A stretch of 64,000 bases of DNA from Camelus ferus (GCF_009834535.1 NC_045696.1:33358001-33422000), one strand, 5' to 3'. Counted from the stretch's first letter, positions 12,660 through 26,912 are shown. The notes: generated by a model from the sequence alone, not told the origin. Program-made: numbers and translations.

Positions 12660-13490
12660 TATTCATTTACTTAACTAGCGTTTGTTGGTACTTCTTTACT
12701 GGGCACTACGTAGGTGTTAATAAAAATAAAAAACATAGATGGAAATGACCGCTGAAGTTATTTTACCTGTTAGAGTAAAACAGGAGACCCAGAAACCGAA
12801 ACATTATATTACGAGGTTTAAAAAAAAAAAAAAAAAGTTCTATTTGGTTACATAATACAGTTCTAAGGGAGCACAAAGAATAGGACAATTAGTTTTTCAT
12901 GTGTATTACAAAGAATACCACAATGAGGAAGTGGTATTTGGGCTGGATCTTCAACTATAGCAAGACTTCAATACAGAAAATAGTAGGGGGGAGATAAATG
13001 CAGGCAAAGGGGACAAATTGTACCAAGATATATGATTATGAAAGAGCCTAATATGTCTGGGGTGTGGTAAAAAGCTTCATGGACCACAGTGTAAATGATG
13101 GGGTCAGAAGATTGGAGAGATTTGTAGCAAATGAAGTTGAAATATGTAGATCAGGTTTGTGCTGCAAAATTTATGCCTACATTTTAAGCCTAGCCAAGGG
13201 TTTGCATTTTATTCTAGATGCTCAGGGTGCCAACAGAATTTTAATACTGGTAAGTGGATGACTTATTTGCATTTTAAGTATGATAACTGGAGTGGCAGCA
13301 TGACAAGTCAAACAGAACTAGATAAACTGGTTGTAAACAAACCAGCTAGAAGTTTGTTTTAAAATATTTGAAGTGGCAGAATATAAAGGCCGAAACTGAG
13401 GCAGCAACGATGAGAGGAGAGAAGAGAGAAGAGATTTTTAGAGACACATCAGAGATGCGTTTCATAAGATTACAGTTGAAAGACTTGATG
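12660..13490 (-). mobile_element. L2 3' region
   Basis: attcatttacttaactagcgtttgttggtac...ggcact..., gaggaagtggtatttgggctggatctt and aagggtttgcattttattctagatgctcaggg are diverged reverse-L2 motifs. Confidence 0.65.
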
Positions 13491-15234
13491 AACAGTATTA
13501 CCATGAAGTGAAATCAAACAAATCTCTTTTAATTCCATTCTTGGGATTTGGAATACAGTATTTAGATTTAGCTGCTCCTTCCTTCTAATCCTTATGAGAC
13601 TCTTCCCTAGATGGCAGACATTAGCAATTGACTATTGAATAAATGAATAAATCAATATAAATATAAATAAACTGTGTACATTTACACTATTTTTTTAAAT
13701 TTAAAATGTGAGTAACTAGGTGTTTTAGTTAAATATCTGGCAACGTATTTTAGCTTCCTGTCAGATTAGAATAGAGGCTCCATCGTTAGCTGTGTGGTCC
13801 ATATTGAGCTTTATTGCCACTATTTCCTGTCTCATCACATAGCTTTGTACTATCTTTCTGATGTTGATTGCCGTCTCTGTGTCATGTCACTCAATTGCAA
13901 ATGCTGTGCCATTAGTAGATTTGGTAAATTTACAGTTGTATATTCTAAAATATTTATGAAATTTACAAATAATTTGTCAAGCCAATGTTTATTACCAGAA
14001 AATCCTATTATTAAGAAAATTTCCTTCAACATCTTATTTAGGGACAGTCCAATAGATACCCTATGTATATATTCACATTTCTGATTAGAACATTTTTCTC
14101 ATTTCATATGGCTGGGTATTTTCCAAATCTTTAAAGCCCATATCAAATGCTACTTTTTACAGTCTTTCCTCACTTACCTAAATGCATGTACTCTGTTAAC
14201 TCCTCTGAACTCCCATAATTTTGGTACCTCTCCCATTGAATTTATAATATTTTCTATTATATTTATTTTAACTATATTATCTCACTAGTATATTCCTTGA
14301 GAGTTAAGATAGCATCACATTCAACTGTTTCTTCTTTGTAGATACTAGAAAAAAGCTTTCCTCTGAGACGATGTGTGGACTTCGGCTTTTAAAATAGTTA
14401 GAATTGCCAGGCAAATCAAAAAGCACTGAAAATAATAATATAGTTCAAAGAATCTATCACACATTTACAAAAAAAGTAAAAGATAGAAGTCACTTTTATG
14501 TCTTGTGCACAGAATTGGTAATCTGTTATTTCATGATTTACACATTGAATTATTATAGCATCAAATTTTAAAGGATGTAGTCAATGATGGCACTTTTGGG
14601 ACTGTTAAATAATCCTCCTTGACTAATAAAATATTCCAAAATTGCAATTCCTTAGAAAAATGTAGTGTTATCACTCACTCAAAATATACTTCTTTGGCCA
14701 TGGGTTAATAATACTGAATAGGTGGTGGGGTCACAGTACTATTCCTTCTACTTTTGTAAACTTTTAATTTTCACAATAAAATACTAAAAACAGTTTATCT
14801 AAAAGGTCTTTACATAACATCTTTGGATATCACTTTACTCATTTTAAATATATAGTTAGAATGGAATATCACTCATATTTCTTCAAATAATCTGTTATTT
14901 ATGGTCTAGTTTATAAAATATCATTTTGATAACAGGTATGAATTAGTAAACTAAAGAAGTCGTTGGGGGATATTAATTCTTATGCACTGCAGAGGAGGCT
15001 TTAAAACTTTTATGTCAACAATTGTTAGTTCAATTATCAACGTATCAACATATTATCCATATATGTATCTACACCTGCCCCAGAGGAATCATTTTAGAAA
15101 CAATCATACTATAACATATAGATTCTATACAAATGTCTCAGGTAACATACATCTGTAATTCTTAAGGAAATGAAGAACATTTAAAACTGAAAGATATTTA
15201 ACTCAATAAAGGCTTGAACAGATGGAAAGTTACA

Positions 15235-16060
15235 CTGAGACAGAAACATGTCTCATCCCCCAAACTGCTCCCTCTCCTTAATGGATCCACTGCTTGGTTA
15301 CACTGCCTAGCATTCCTGGTGGTGGTCATGTGACTGAACTCAAGTCAAAGGAATGCTGGCAAACATAACTGCACCACTGACATAGCCTACCCCATAAAAC
15401 GTTTCCCTTATAATCCTCTTACATGCTTTCCCCTCATCCATCAGCTGGATATTGACACTCAGGTAAACCACAGAGTTTAACTGCTGAAGATGGCATAACG
15501 TCCAGCAGCCTTGGTCCACGAATCATTGTGTGGCGAACATGTTTACCTCCATCACCTTCCCTCACCTCTAACCCTGTCAATCTGGCAGTGCACTGAAACA
15601 TCAGATGAGCAAAAAATAAACTTTTACTGTTAGGTCACTGAAATTTTAGGATTTTCTTGTTTTGGCAATTAGCCTCATTTTAAAGTAATTGGTACCTTAA
15701 ACAGAGTTCTGTCATAAAATCTTTAACTTGTCCCTGGATTTGCTGTCAATTGATGGGCAGAGAACAAACAAACAGAGCAAGCTGGAAGGCTATAGCACAC
15801 TGTTACTGCTCTGTAAAACATTTGATAACATTATCTTCCATAATAAATTGGAAGGCACATCATGGGCCTACTGAATTGTGGCTCTACGGGAAAAGGCTGA
15901 AAATAACAATAGTGGTAGTTGTGTTCCTGATTATTGACTACCTTTACAATGCCTCCACTAAATGAAATGAACTCTGGCAAGAATTGGCCAAGAAGAAAGG
16001 AAATAAAAGATTCTAGAAATGAAGGGCCTTAGAGGGTTAGAAACGCCAACTGATAAAGAG
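15235..16060 (+). mobile_element. MaLR LTR (MLT1I/J-like, to ~15690) followed by the start of its internal sequence
   Basis: ggtcatgtgactgaactc...gaagatggca...aataaacttttactgttaggtcactgaaattttagg; then aattggtacc and MLT1-int-like sequence. Confidence 0.6.
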
Positions 16061-16231
16061 TAAATGATATTCAAGTCTTTTCAATATGCTTCGCAAAACG
16101 CTAGGCATTGTTCTGTGATACTGCATGCCTATGTTTTCTTTATAGATAATAAATAAATTAGACTTTGGGGAAAATAAAATACAGAAGTGAATACATTCCT
16201 CAAATTTAAAAAAAGTGAGGCATGATTTCTG

Positions 16232-16365
16232 TGTGTGTTAGTTTTCTTTTACTGCAAAATAAATTGCCACTGACACAATGGCTTAAAACAACACTCGTTT
16301 TATTAGTTCACAGTACTCTAGGTCAGAAATGCAGCATGGTGTGCTGGGTTGTCTGCTTAGGGCAC
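16232..16365 (-). mobile_element. MLT1 LTR fragment
   Basis: tgtgttagttttc...tggcttaaaacaacactc...ttattagttcacagt...ggtcagaaat. Confidence 0.6.
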
Positions 16366-17189
16366 TGCAAGAAGGAATAGAAACATATGATCATTTAAAA
16401 TGTATCTATGGTTAGTCTTTTAAATGCAGACTAATTTCTCTAAAATTGCCTGTTGGCACCGTGGTATGCATGCTTGAAAAGTCAGAGTGTTCAGAGTAAA
16501 TTAAAAGTTTAAGTATTTTGCATATTATTCCTATCCTTTGTCTCTTAGAAATGTTACCCACATTCAGCTGACAGAGGGGAAAATGAAGTCTAAGAAGGGT
16601 GACTTGCCGGGCTTTATTAAGGTGAAGTATGTGGAATGCATTGCTACTATTCAAGCACTCACATTTCCTTAGCTCACTCATCTGGCCGGCTTCCATTTTT
16701 ATGTCCTAAACTCTACAGACTGAATGAATGCATGACTGCTGTATCAGGAAGCCTGTGCAAAATACTTGACTTCAGCAAATCTTTGACAAGCACCGTTCAT
16801 TAATCTTTGTTTCATAATTCTCACCAGTATGCATGCCCTGCCTTTTTGTCCCTATCTGCAAGTAAATTGGTTTTTAAGAAAATGAAGAGGTCAGCAGAAG
16901 ATGTTGGAGCACACATTTTTCTGTTGAAACCAATCAGTAGACCTGGGCAGTAATGTAAATGGTTAAAGTTAGTAGAACTTGTCCATAATTCAACTGAATC
17001 ATCAATTTATATTAGCAACAATATTGTTTGGATGCTCATGTAGCAACAAAAATTTAAAAAAATAGTAAAAATACAGAAAATTTTTAGCCTACAGACATTT
17101 ATAGCCTTAAAATATATTTATGTAAAACAGAATTCAACTGTAGTGAAATGTTATGAGTAGCAACTGGTTTTCATATCCAAGAAAAAAAG

Positions 17190-18400
17190 TTACCTTATCT
17201 TTTCTATAACAATGGATTAGGTACCTTGAACAAACCCATGTAATAAGAACAAATAGAAAATCATGAAAATCCATATCAAAAACATATGTTGTAAGATACA
17301 CAGCTACATGGTAATAAGCAGTTGCAGAGTCAGGATCTGAAAGGGAAAAAAACTTTTATATAAACATTTGAGGCCTCTTTTTTTGTCTTACTGGGCTTAG
17401 AATTTGAGAGAAACTTTAATTATAAGGCTAAAAGGGAAAAAAAAATATAAAATTCATAACCTACCAAGGAGTAGGAGCACTGATGAATGCAACAGGCACT
17501 GTGAAAGAAAAGCAAAGTTCTATACCTTAAATGTACAGGTTAACTGGAAATATGCCATTCTTACTAAGACTGAAGCACAGCTTTAAATTATCTCAAACTA
17601 ATTTGGATTAAGTTGATTTGGGATTGCTATTGACCTTAGTTTTCTGGGAGAAGAAAATATAAATGTGAAGAACTCATATTATGTCAGAGGTCAAGTTATC
17701 TCTACTATTTTTGTCTACAATTTCCAGCACTTAATCAAAAGTAATTATGCATACAGAGCCAGACAATTTGATGTTAGAGACAGATTCATACGGAATCTAG
17801 ATGAGGAAAGTATTAAATGTAGATTAAACAAACAAAACTCTGCTTAAGATGTTAAAAAAATACAAAAGGGATTTGATAATTCCGGCAGAAGGCTTGATCT
17901 TTCAAAAAGAACCAAATGGAACTCCTGGAGATGAAACATACAAATAACAGAAATTAAGACTGTGAAGGATGACATTAATAGATTAGTCAAAGCTGGACAA
18001 AAATTAGAAAATGGAGCTATGGGACATGAGAACGGCTGAGGATAAAAGCACGGAGAGATGAAAAGAATATATAAAAATGTACAAGAGATATGGAGGATAT
18101 AATGAAATGTCTATCATATTTGTAATTGGAATCTCAGAGGAGAAAGTAAAAATGAAACATGCGATATTTGAAGATACAATGGCTGAGAATTATCAGAATT
18201 TTGCTGAGTGATATCAGTCACGATGAACTCAAATTTAGATAAATGCAAAGCAAACCACACCTAGATGTAGCATAGTAATTTTGTTGAAAACCAGAGAAAA
18301 GAGAGAGAAAATGTACAAAACTACCAAAGAATACAAAAGCAAAAGTAAGACAGACAGATGAATCTTATAAAGGAGCAAGAAATACTGGAATAGTGCATCT
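17190..18400 (+). mobile_element. Ancient L1/HAL1 5' region with ORF1 remnant
   Basis: aaccaaatggaactcctggagatgaaa, tgtaattggaatctcagaggaga and atatttgaagatacaatggctgagaatt are ORF1-type motifs. Confidence 0.65.
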
Positions 18401-18559
18401 TCTTCTTTAAGATCTGTAATGCCATTTCTGTTATATTTTCACAAATAAATGGTCAGTTTATTTGTACTTGATCACCAATACTATAATGTTTTTATTTAAT
18501 AAAACTACTAATATATCCTCTCCCTCCTTGGACTTCTTTTATAGGAAAATTTTGCTTCT

Positions 18560-20545
18560 ACTTGGCTCCTTGTTCTAATATTAAAATGTAGAATCAGCCT
18601 ATCAGTTTCTAGAAAATACCTGGTTATGATTTCATTGACAGTGACAACTGAATCCCCAAGTCAATTTGTGGAATAGAGTCTTCCAATGCTTTAAATAAAT
18701 ATTTAATTCCTTACAATAAAGCTCTTGTATAACTTTTTTGAATTTACTTCTAAATAGTGTTTATTTTTAAAGTATTGTAAGTTATGCTTTATTTTAAATT
18801 TCCAACTTTTTATTAATGAAAAGAAATTCAATTGACTTGTGCTCATTGACCTTTTTTCATTGGTCTTGTAACTACAAAACTTGCTAAATATCTTATTAAA
18901 CAAAATTTAAAAAATTAAATCATAGAGTTTGTGTGTGTGCAGGGGGTGTTTTATAGAATTCTACTACTATTCAGTATGGTCTGTGGACTGAAGTTGATCT
19001 ACTTACTGTTTACTACTGATAGATAATCTGGCCTGCTTCCTCCTCTGCCCCTTTAAGAATTTGTTGTATTTTGTTTTCTGCAATATTTTTAACATGTCTG
19101 TGTGTGAGTTCCTTTTTACTTATTCTTTTTTCTAATAAATTGGGCTCTTTGATTCTATAGCTTGATGATTTTCATCAGTTCTGAAAATGCTTAGTGATTA
19201 TTGTTCACATTTCATGTCTTTCCCATTCTTTCTCTCTTCTATTCTGAGTTTCTACTTACATGCATGTTAGACCTTAAAGATTCGTCTTCTATTCCCATTG
19301 GATTTTTCATAGGTATGTGTTCTCAAATCTGGATAATGTTTAATGACCTCTCTTCCAGTTTACTAATTATGTTTTCTGTTTAGTCTAAATAGGTGTAAAA
19401 CCATATAGTATTTTACTTTTAGTTAATGTGTTTTTCACTTCTAGACAATCCATTTCAATATGATTTTTAAGTTCACTGTTATTTTTAATGGTTTTCTCTG
19501 GCTTAAATATATATTAATATATTTTAAAATAGTTTTCATATATAAGTTTTATATTTATATGTTATGTATATTAGATATTTTATATTCTATGTCTAATATT
19601 TAATATCCAAAATCTTTTTGTGCCTCTTCCTTGTCTGTTTCTGTGGTTAAACTTACATGGAATTGTTTTCTTGAGTGCCTTGACTGCTTTGACTGTGCAC
19701 ATGTCATTATACAAGAAACAAAAATGTGAAAGCATAATCTGAAGCTTAAGGAAAAAGGTGTCTTTGTCTACCAGCTGACTGTGGTTGCTGCTAGTAGACC
19801 CAAACAGTATGAATGGGATGGCTCTCTTTAAAGAATTTCTGTATTCTGTTAGCCATGTGATTTTATTTTACACCTTCAACACCATATTCAAATTTGCCAG
19901 TCTCCACAATTATTCTCAAAAAAGAAATTTTTTTATGAGCCAAATTATCACAACCAGCCTCAAAAGTATGACTCATAAATATCAGAAACAGTAAGTCCTG
20001 CATTGAACTTTTTATTCACATATGTATATTTATTTATATTACATTTTATGTATAAAATTTAAGTTTATTGATTAGCTTCTTTTTCAAACCTACTTAGACC
20101 TTTTTGATAGTCTCTTTGCTTTCTTATACTTCGAATTCTATATTTTATTTCTCTAAGCATATTAAATATATTTTTATATTATGTATCTGATAATTCCATT
20201 AATTACAGATTTTAAAATTCTGATTATAAAATTTTTGTTTCGATTAACTGTCACACAGGGTGCCTATTATCTACCTATCACTTTTGATAATGTTCTATCC
20301 TTAAAATAAATTTTGGAGATTTTTTGAAGGCCTTAAAGTTTTCTTCCTTCCTTCCTTCCTTCCTCCCTTCCTCTTTTCCTCCCTCCCTCCCTTTCTTTCT
20401 TTTTCTTTCTTTTTTTCCTTCCTTCCTTCTCTTTCTTTCCTTTTTTCTCTCTTTCTTTCTTTTTCTTTCTTTCTTTCTTTCCTTTCTTTCCTTCCTTCCT
20501 TCCTTTTCTTTCTTTCCTTTCTTTCCTTCCTTCCTTCCTTCCTTT

Positions 20546-20609
<64 letters not shown>

Positions 20610-21240
20610 TCCTTCCTTCCTTCCTTCCTTCCTTCTTTCTTTCTTTCCTTCTTTCCTTCTTTCTTTCTTTCCTTCTTTCTTCTTTCTATCTTTCTTTCTT
20701 TCTTCGAGACTGTGTTGCTTCTCTAGGTAAATAGGGGCAAGGACCTGTCTAGGACAACTTTAAACTAAATCTTTAGCTTATAGTTTGAGTACTACATAAT
20801 AGAGTCAATTTTGATATCAAGTATATTTGACAGCAGACTATGTTTAGGAAATCCCAGGAGAGATTTGGGTTTTTTAGGCAAAAAAAAAAAAGTGTCCCAA
20901 ACAACTTCTGAATTTTAGTATTTTTTTGAGTTTTACCCAGTTGAAGACAGTACTTTTCCAGAATTCCAACTTTATGAAGAGTTTTCTGATTGAACCTCCT
21001 GTCCAGGATTTGCCCTATTTATGGTTTTCAGCCAGTTAAAATGAAAACTTCAGGCAGGCTACCTTCAACCAAGGGTCAACAGATGCTCATAAAGCAATTT
21101 AGTGTTTACTTATATCTCCTGAATTGCATTTCTTATATTTTTGAGATTTTTACAATACCTTGATTTCTGTAGCAGCATATATTTTTAGGAATAAATTTTT
21201 GAAATTTATCCAGTATGATTATTATTTCATATTGGAAAGT
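18560..21240 (-). mobile_element. Several ancient L1/HAL1 fragments, antisense, interrupted by a microsatellite
   Basis: T-rich decayed reverse ORF2/ORF1-like motifs, e.g. ttgatgattttcatcagttctgaaaat and gacctctcttccagtttactaatt. Confidence 0.5.
20339..20705. repeat. Compound (TTCC)n/(TTTC)n polypyrimidine microsatellite, ~365 bp
   Basis: Seen directly; almost purine-free on the plus strand. Confidence 0.98.
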
Positions 21241-24200
21241 TTTAGATTGTTAAAGTAGAAACAGGATTGTCTAACATATAGAGACCTTTTGAGATGGGAC
21301 GATTGAATGAGAGCATAAATTTAGTTGAAATTTCAACTATAGAAATTTTGGACCTTTATTGGACTGCATTTCTTTTTAACATGAAATGATTTTCTTCCCC
21401 TTGGGACCACAGCTATACTTGTAAAACTAAACTACTTTTCCTTTCCTTGACATAGTAAAAAGCCACTTATCTTCTAATTGTCACTTCTGCCTATTTTTTT
21501 TTTATTTAGATATTATGTTTCCAATTTCATTATTTTGGAACATTTTCCTGAATGAAATAACTTTAAAATTTATATTGAACATTAATACAAAAACATGGAC
21601 TCAGTAAATAGAATTTTACTATTTCGGGTGGAATACAATTATTTAATATATCAAATAATACATTTTCTCAAATAGAAAGAAATTACAAATAAAGAGGCCA
21701 TGTGTAGTGAATTTGCAATGTCCTTCCTAGCTCTTTTGTTGCACAGGAATAACAGAGTAAAAATAATTCAAGTTCTTCCATTGTGTTTAGACTTCCCAGT
21801 GAGTAATACTATCTCTTCCATTTTGTCTTTGGACTCCAGTGTATCTTTTATGTTAATTTATCATGTTTAATAGGTGAGAGGTTTGTGTTTTGTCTTAGAA
21901 AAGAACTGATAAAATTTGCATTGTACAATACCCAAGAGATGACGATGAAATTTTTTTCTTTGTTCATTTTTATATTGCAGTGTTCCGAAATGTATTATCG
22001 ATGGAACTCAACACAGAAAGACGGCCTAAGAGATCATATTGTTCTTCATAGAATAGTAATCTGTTACATACTGCAAGCCTACAGTTCGTGAATGCCTTTA
22101 GTGATTAAGAATACACTGAAGTAAAACAGGTTTTGGCATATTGGTATTACATGTAAAACACAGAGGAAATTAAGAATATAATTTAGTATAATTTAGTATC
22201 CAAACTCCCTGAAATTCACTAAATTATGATATATTGAAATTCTACAGGAAAATTAATTCTATTGGAAAATTAACAATATATGTATCAATCTTTATTGACA
22301 AGATATTTAAATATATATTTAAATAGATTTATTGACAAGATATTTAAGTAGATTCTTTTTGATATTTGTAATATTTCACTAGAGATAGTTTTTATGTCTC
22401 TAAGTAGAACTTCCTTTGAACACCTTTTTAGATAAATAATAGATTTTTTGGTAGACATGATAAAAAAACAAGGCATGACAAAGTACGACTTGTGTGCTGA
22501 TAATAGTTTATATCTGTATATCTCTGCATAATTAACAAACACTTAACTTTTTGCATCATGTGTCACTGTTAATATATTAATGTAATACCCTAACTAATGG
22601 AGGGAATTACAGAATTCTGGCAGGTTGACTGGTGGTGCTGGTGGGTATATGTAAGTGTATGCAGTTCCGTGATTCCCCAGCTTCCTACTCCACTTACAGA
22701 GGTCAGTCACCCAATATGGCCTTTATTCAACACACAGCACAAAAACTGACTGAATGTTGATGAAAAATTTAGGCATCACATAAGCATAGGTGCCTATTCA
22801 CTTTTGCAGACTAAATTTCAATTAAAACTCTAAAATTACACAGACAGGATATCTGTATCTACATATAGATATAAAGGTATATATCCATACTTAACTATCT
22901 ACCTATCTATCTTGAGGCACTTGAAGTAAAATGAGATATTTATATATTTTAAATCCTGTTGGACTTTAGTCTGAAAATTCTTAATGCAGTTTAATTTTTA
23001 AGTATAATGGGACAGCCTGCAGCCTGTAATGACCCAGAGTTCACTCAGTTTTTGCCATTACCATTTTAATTCACTTTTGTACTACCTATTCTAGTCAATT
23101 TCTTGTCATTGTAAGGATAAAAATAAATTCATTTAATTTTAATATAATATTTTTAGAAAGTAGCAAGAGGTATTACAATCACTGTTTTAACGCCTAAGTT
23201 GTACTCTCAATCATGTGACTGAATGCACTTTAATAATAAAATATATTAATTTATAATTGACGGGATGTCAATCATAGATTTTGGATATAAGTCATAGATT
23301 TATATTATAAATCATATAATATTTAATGTCCAAATATTAAAGTTTTACAGTTTCATTTTAGCCAACAGAAAACTTCTGGAATTATTTAAGATCTCCATAG
23401 GTTTGTATTAAAGACACATTCTAGATCTTCTCGTTGCATACCTACAAAGAAAATAGTTAATTAGATTAAATATGATTTTTCCAGAACATGCTTAAATGAA
23501 AACAAAATGATGAGTAACGTTCAATGTTATCAGAGTAGAAGAGAAAAGATATATAATTTACCCATTACACACCACTTAAATTGTTCTGTTCATTTCTTTA
23601 TAGTTAGAAATAAATATTCATTAGGAATTCAAATGTATTTATTTTTGTAAGAGTAGTATTATACTTACAGATAAAAGAGAACAAGATATTTTTGAACTTG
23701 TCAACATAATCTTATCTGGACTTACAAAGAATTGAATTAAAATAATTCAATAATCAGAAATTAATCTAACCATTACAATAGTCTGGTGAGATATTATTTA
23801 TTTGAAAAATGTTATTGGAATTTCCTGTATAAAATTGAGTTTAATTTTTTTTTTAAGTTCAAGTAATGCATGGAGACTTTGTGTCTATCTTCATAAAGAA
23901 AGCAAGTTTGCTTACATAAAGACTGAAAATATGCTTGTAAATAAAAATCATACTGTAACACAATAGTTATATAGTTTTCTATCTTGGTGACTGTCAATAA
24001 AAAGGCTAGTCTGCCCTGGATTCTTTAGATGGAATTCAATCCAGGGGCAGAAAGTTGATTAATTAGCCCCTCTTCATTCTTATTCAGCAAGGGCACTATG
24101 TAAAAATCCAAGCTGTGTACATGCAAAACACTCAGATCTCTCTTCTCTCATTTAGTCTCATAATACGTGTACTGAGAAAGGAACAGACTAATGAACAATG

Positions 24201-24499
24201 ACAGGGTTTGGAGTGGGGAGTTCTTGCCTCTCCTCTTTGACCTACAGTATCTAACAGACCTCTTCCTTCAGGGAGAGAAGTCTATAGGACTCTGACACCA
24301 GGACAAGGGCAACATGGAAAGAAGGAAAAGAGAAGTAGATTTCTTTTTTGCCTTGTTAGGAAGTTTAGCTGAGGCACCACACTTGACAGATCATGCCATT
24401 TTACAGAACCTTTGCCTTTCAAGCTATTAATGAACTGATAAAAGGCATAGGTTAATAAACTCTCCTTGCTCACTTCATATGGCTGACAATTACTCCTCT

Positions 24500-25200
24500 C
24501 TCTCACTTGCAAAATCTGCTAATGTTTTCTCTTAAATATTTCTTAGATCTATCTCATTCTCTCTACTCTATTAGCACTGCACTAATGCAGACCATTATCA
24601 ACTTGTGCATGGATTATTACAACAGCCTCCCTGCCTGCAGTCCTAAACCCTTCAATTTATCTCTCTGCCAAAACGCCAGAGTAATGTATCCTCAAATACA
24701 AGCCATCACAAAATCTATTGTTCTCACTTACAGTACAAAGTTCAAGCTCTTTACTATGAAGCATCCTGCATGGTACCTGATATGAGCTACTCAAGTATTT
24801 GTTTAGGGAATTAATGGAAGATCAATGAACTAAGAACTGAAGATAAGGCACTATTTAATCAGAGTCCTACTTGCTCCTTCTTCACCTCTTAGATTTTTCC
24901 GTATGCTTTTGCCCCTCACATAATCCCTTACATAGAATCACTCCCTCCCTCTTTGCCTTGCCAATATTGAGTCATCTGTAAGATTGAGCTCAGGAATCAC
25001 TTCCTCTCTCTTCCCACAACATTTCAGCCATTGGGACCCTCCTCACATACGATTCCATATTAGCCTATGTACATGTCTATCTTTGTGTCTCTAGCTCCCT
25101 TGCACTTTAATAATTTATTTTCATGTCTGTCTCTTCACCTAAGCTAATTTTCTTGAGGACAGGACTGTATCATTTACAAATATCTTTGCTTTCTAATATG
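24500..25200 (+). mobile_element. L2 fragments
   Basis: accattatcaacttgtgcatggattattacaacagcctccc...gccagagtaatg and cttgaggacaggactgtatc. Confidence 0.65.
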
Positions 25201-25576
25201 AAATCCACTCTTCCCCTCATATAAAGTCATTACCTCATATATGCTTATGGAAGGAATGCATGATTGGACAATCTAATTCACATTGAGTGGTGATTGTATT
25301 TTCCCAGACTGTATGTGTGTGGGGGAGGGGGAGTTAATGAATATAATTTTTCCCTTTTTAAATTTGTCCTAGTTATATATGTAAACATGTTTTACTGTAA
25401 TATATACTAAACTGAAAAATTATATTTATGATATATTTTATAAATATTACCACTTCTTTGTTTCTGTTCAGAAAATAGCAAAGAGGTTGAACAATTTACA
25501 AACATATTTTAAGGGCAAATCTTAAGGGCAAATCCTAAATTGATCTTGTTATGCTTTATTCAAAAGTTTATTTTCT

Positions 25577-26153
25577 TTTTTGTATTATTACTATTTATTT
25601 TCTGTTTTGTATTATTATTATTTATTTGTTTTTTAAGACTTTTTTATTGAGTTATAGTCATTTTACAATGTTGTGTCAAATTCCAGTGTAGGGCACAATT
25701 TTTCAATTATACATGAACATACATATATTCATTGTCACATTTTTTTTCACTGTGAGCTACTACAAGATCTTGTATATACTTCCCTGTGCTATACAGTATA
25801 ATCTTGTTTATCTATTCTGCATATGCCTGTCAGTATCTACAAATTTTGGACTCCCAGTCTGTCCCTTCCCACCCCCCTCCCTCTTGTCAACCACAAGTTT
25901 GTATTCTATGTCTATGAGTCTGTTTCTGTTTGTATTTATGTTCTTTTTTTTTTTCTGTCCATCAACAGATGACTGGATAAAGAAGATGTAGCATATTTAT
26001 ACAACAGAATACTATTCAGCCATAAAAATGACAACATAATGCCATTTGCACCAACATGGATGTGCCTAGAGAATGTCAGTCTAAGTGAAGTAAGCCAGAA
26101 AGAGAAAGAAAAATACCATATGAGATTGCTCATATGTGGAACCTAAAAAAAAA
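25577..26153 (-). mobile_element. Young lineage-specific L1 3' end with 5' inversion (twin priming)
   Basis: ~25635-25953 is antisense L1 3'UTR, nearly identical to 55870-56180; ~25955-26153 is the adjacent upstream L1 segment in sense orientation; flanks aaaa(g)tttattttct at 25562-25576 and 26150-26163. Confidence 0.9.
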
Positions 26154-26289
26154 TTTATTTTCTGATTCACACATCTGACTGGGATTAAGATTTTGTATTG
26201 AATATCATACATATATTTGGTCAATAAAACCACTTTGCATCATGATATAGAATTAAAATTTTAGTATGCTGCTTAAAGTACCTCCTAAG

Positions 26290-26912
26290 CCATTCATGAT
26301 ATATTAAGGTGCTGTTGTACATGTTAGGAATATAGCAATTCATAAGATAAATAATATTCACAAATATGGGATATATTTTATAAAGTGAGATGGAAATAAA
26401 ACATGGAAACAAACAAAAAGTATAGTCACTCAGAAAGCGATAAATTCCCAGAAGGAACTCGAGTATGACAGGTGTGGTACTGGGAGCTAATTTAGCTAGC
26501 ATGGTCAGAGAAAAAATTTTGGGCAGCAGGACCATGTGCTGAGACTGAATGATAAAATGAGATTGCCACAAGAAGGTACTGAAGAAGAGCCTTCCAGGCA
26601 AAGAGAGAGCAAGTACAGAGTCTTAGTTAGGGACGGACTTTGTGGTGTATGTAACAGAAATGTTAGCATGACTAGAGTCATGTGAATCAAGAGAGGAGTG
26701 GTAAGGGAAGGGGCAGAGAGGAAAACATGGGTTAAAATTAATTTAGATTGCATTATTACTGCAGGAACAGCCATTGGAAGGTTTTCATCAGGAAAATAAT
26801 AAGAATATAGTCCAAAGAACCTCCTGTTGCTTTAGATATGATATATGGAGACATCAAAGGAATGAAAGATGACTCCCAGGTTCTTGGCTTGAGAAACTGG
26901 GTGATTGGGTGG
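26290..26912 (-). mobile_element. L2 (L2a-like) 3' region
   Basis: gaagagccttccaggcaaagagagagcaagtacagagtc, agccattggaaggtttt and gatgactcccaggttcttggcttgagaaactggg. Confidence 0.7.

Noticed and set aside
20324..20734. 136-aa F/L/S/P-rich ORF
   Set aside because: Translation of the TTTC/TTCC microsatellite; not a gene.
22291..22355. Short direct duplications (here tttattgacaagatatttaa; also 9223-9247, 10036-10066, 25509-25535, 55529-55605)
   Set aside because: Two-copy slippage duplications without regular spacers; not CRISPR-like or otherwise structured arrays.
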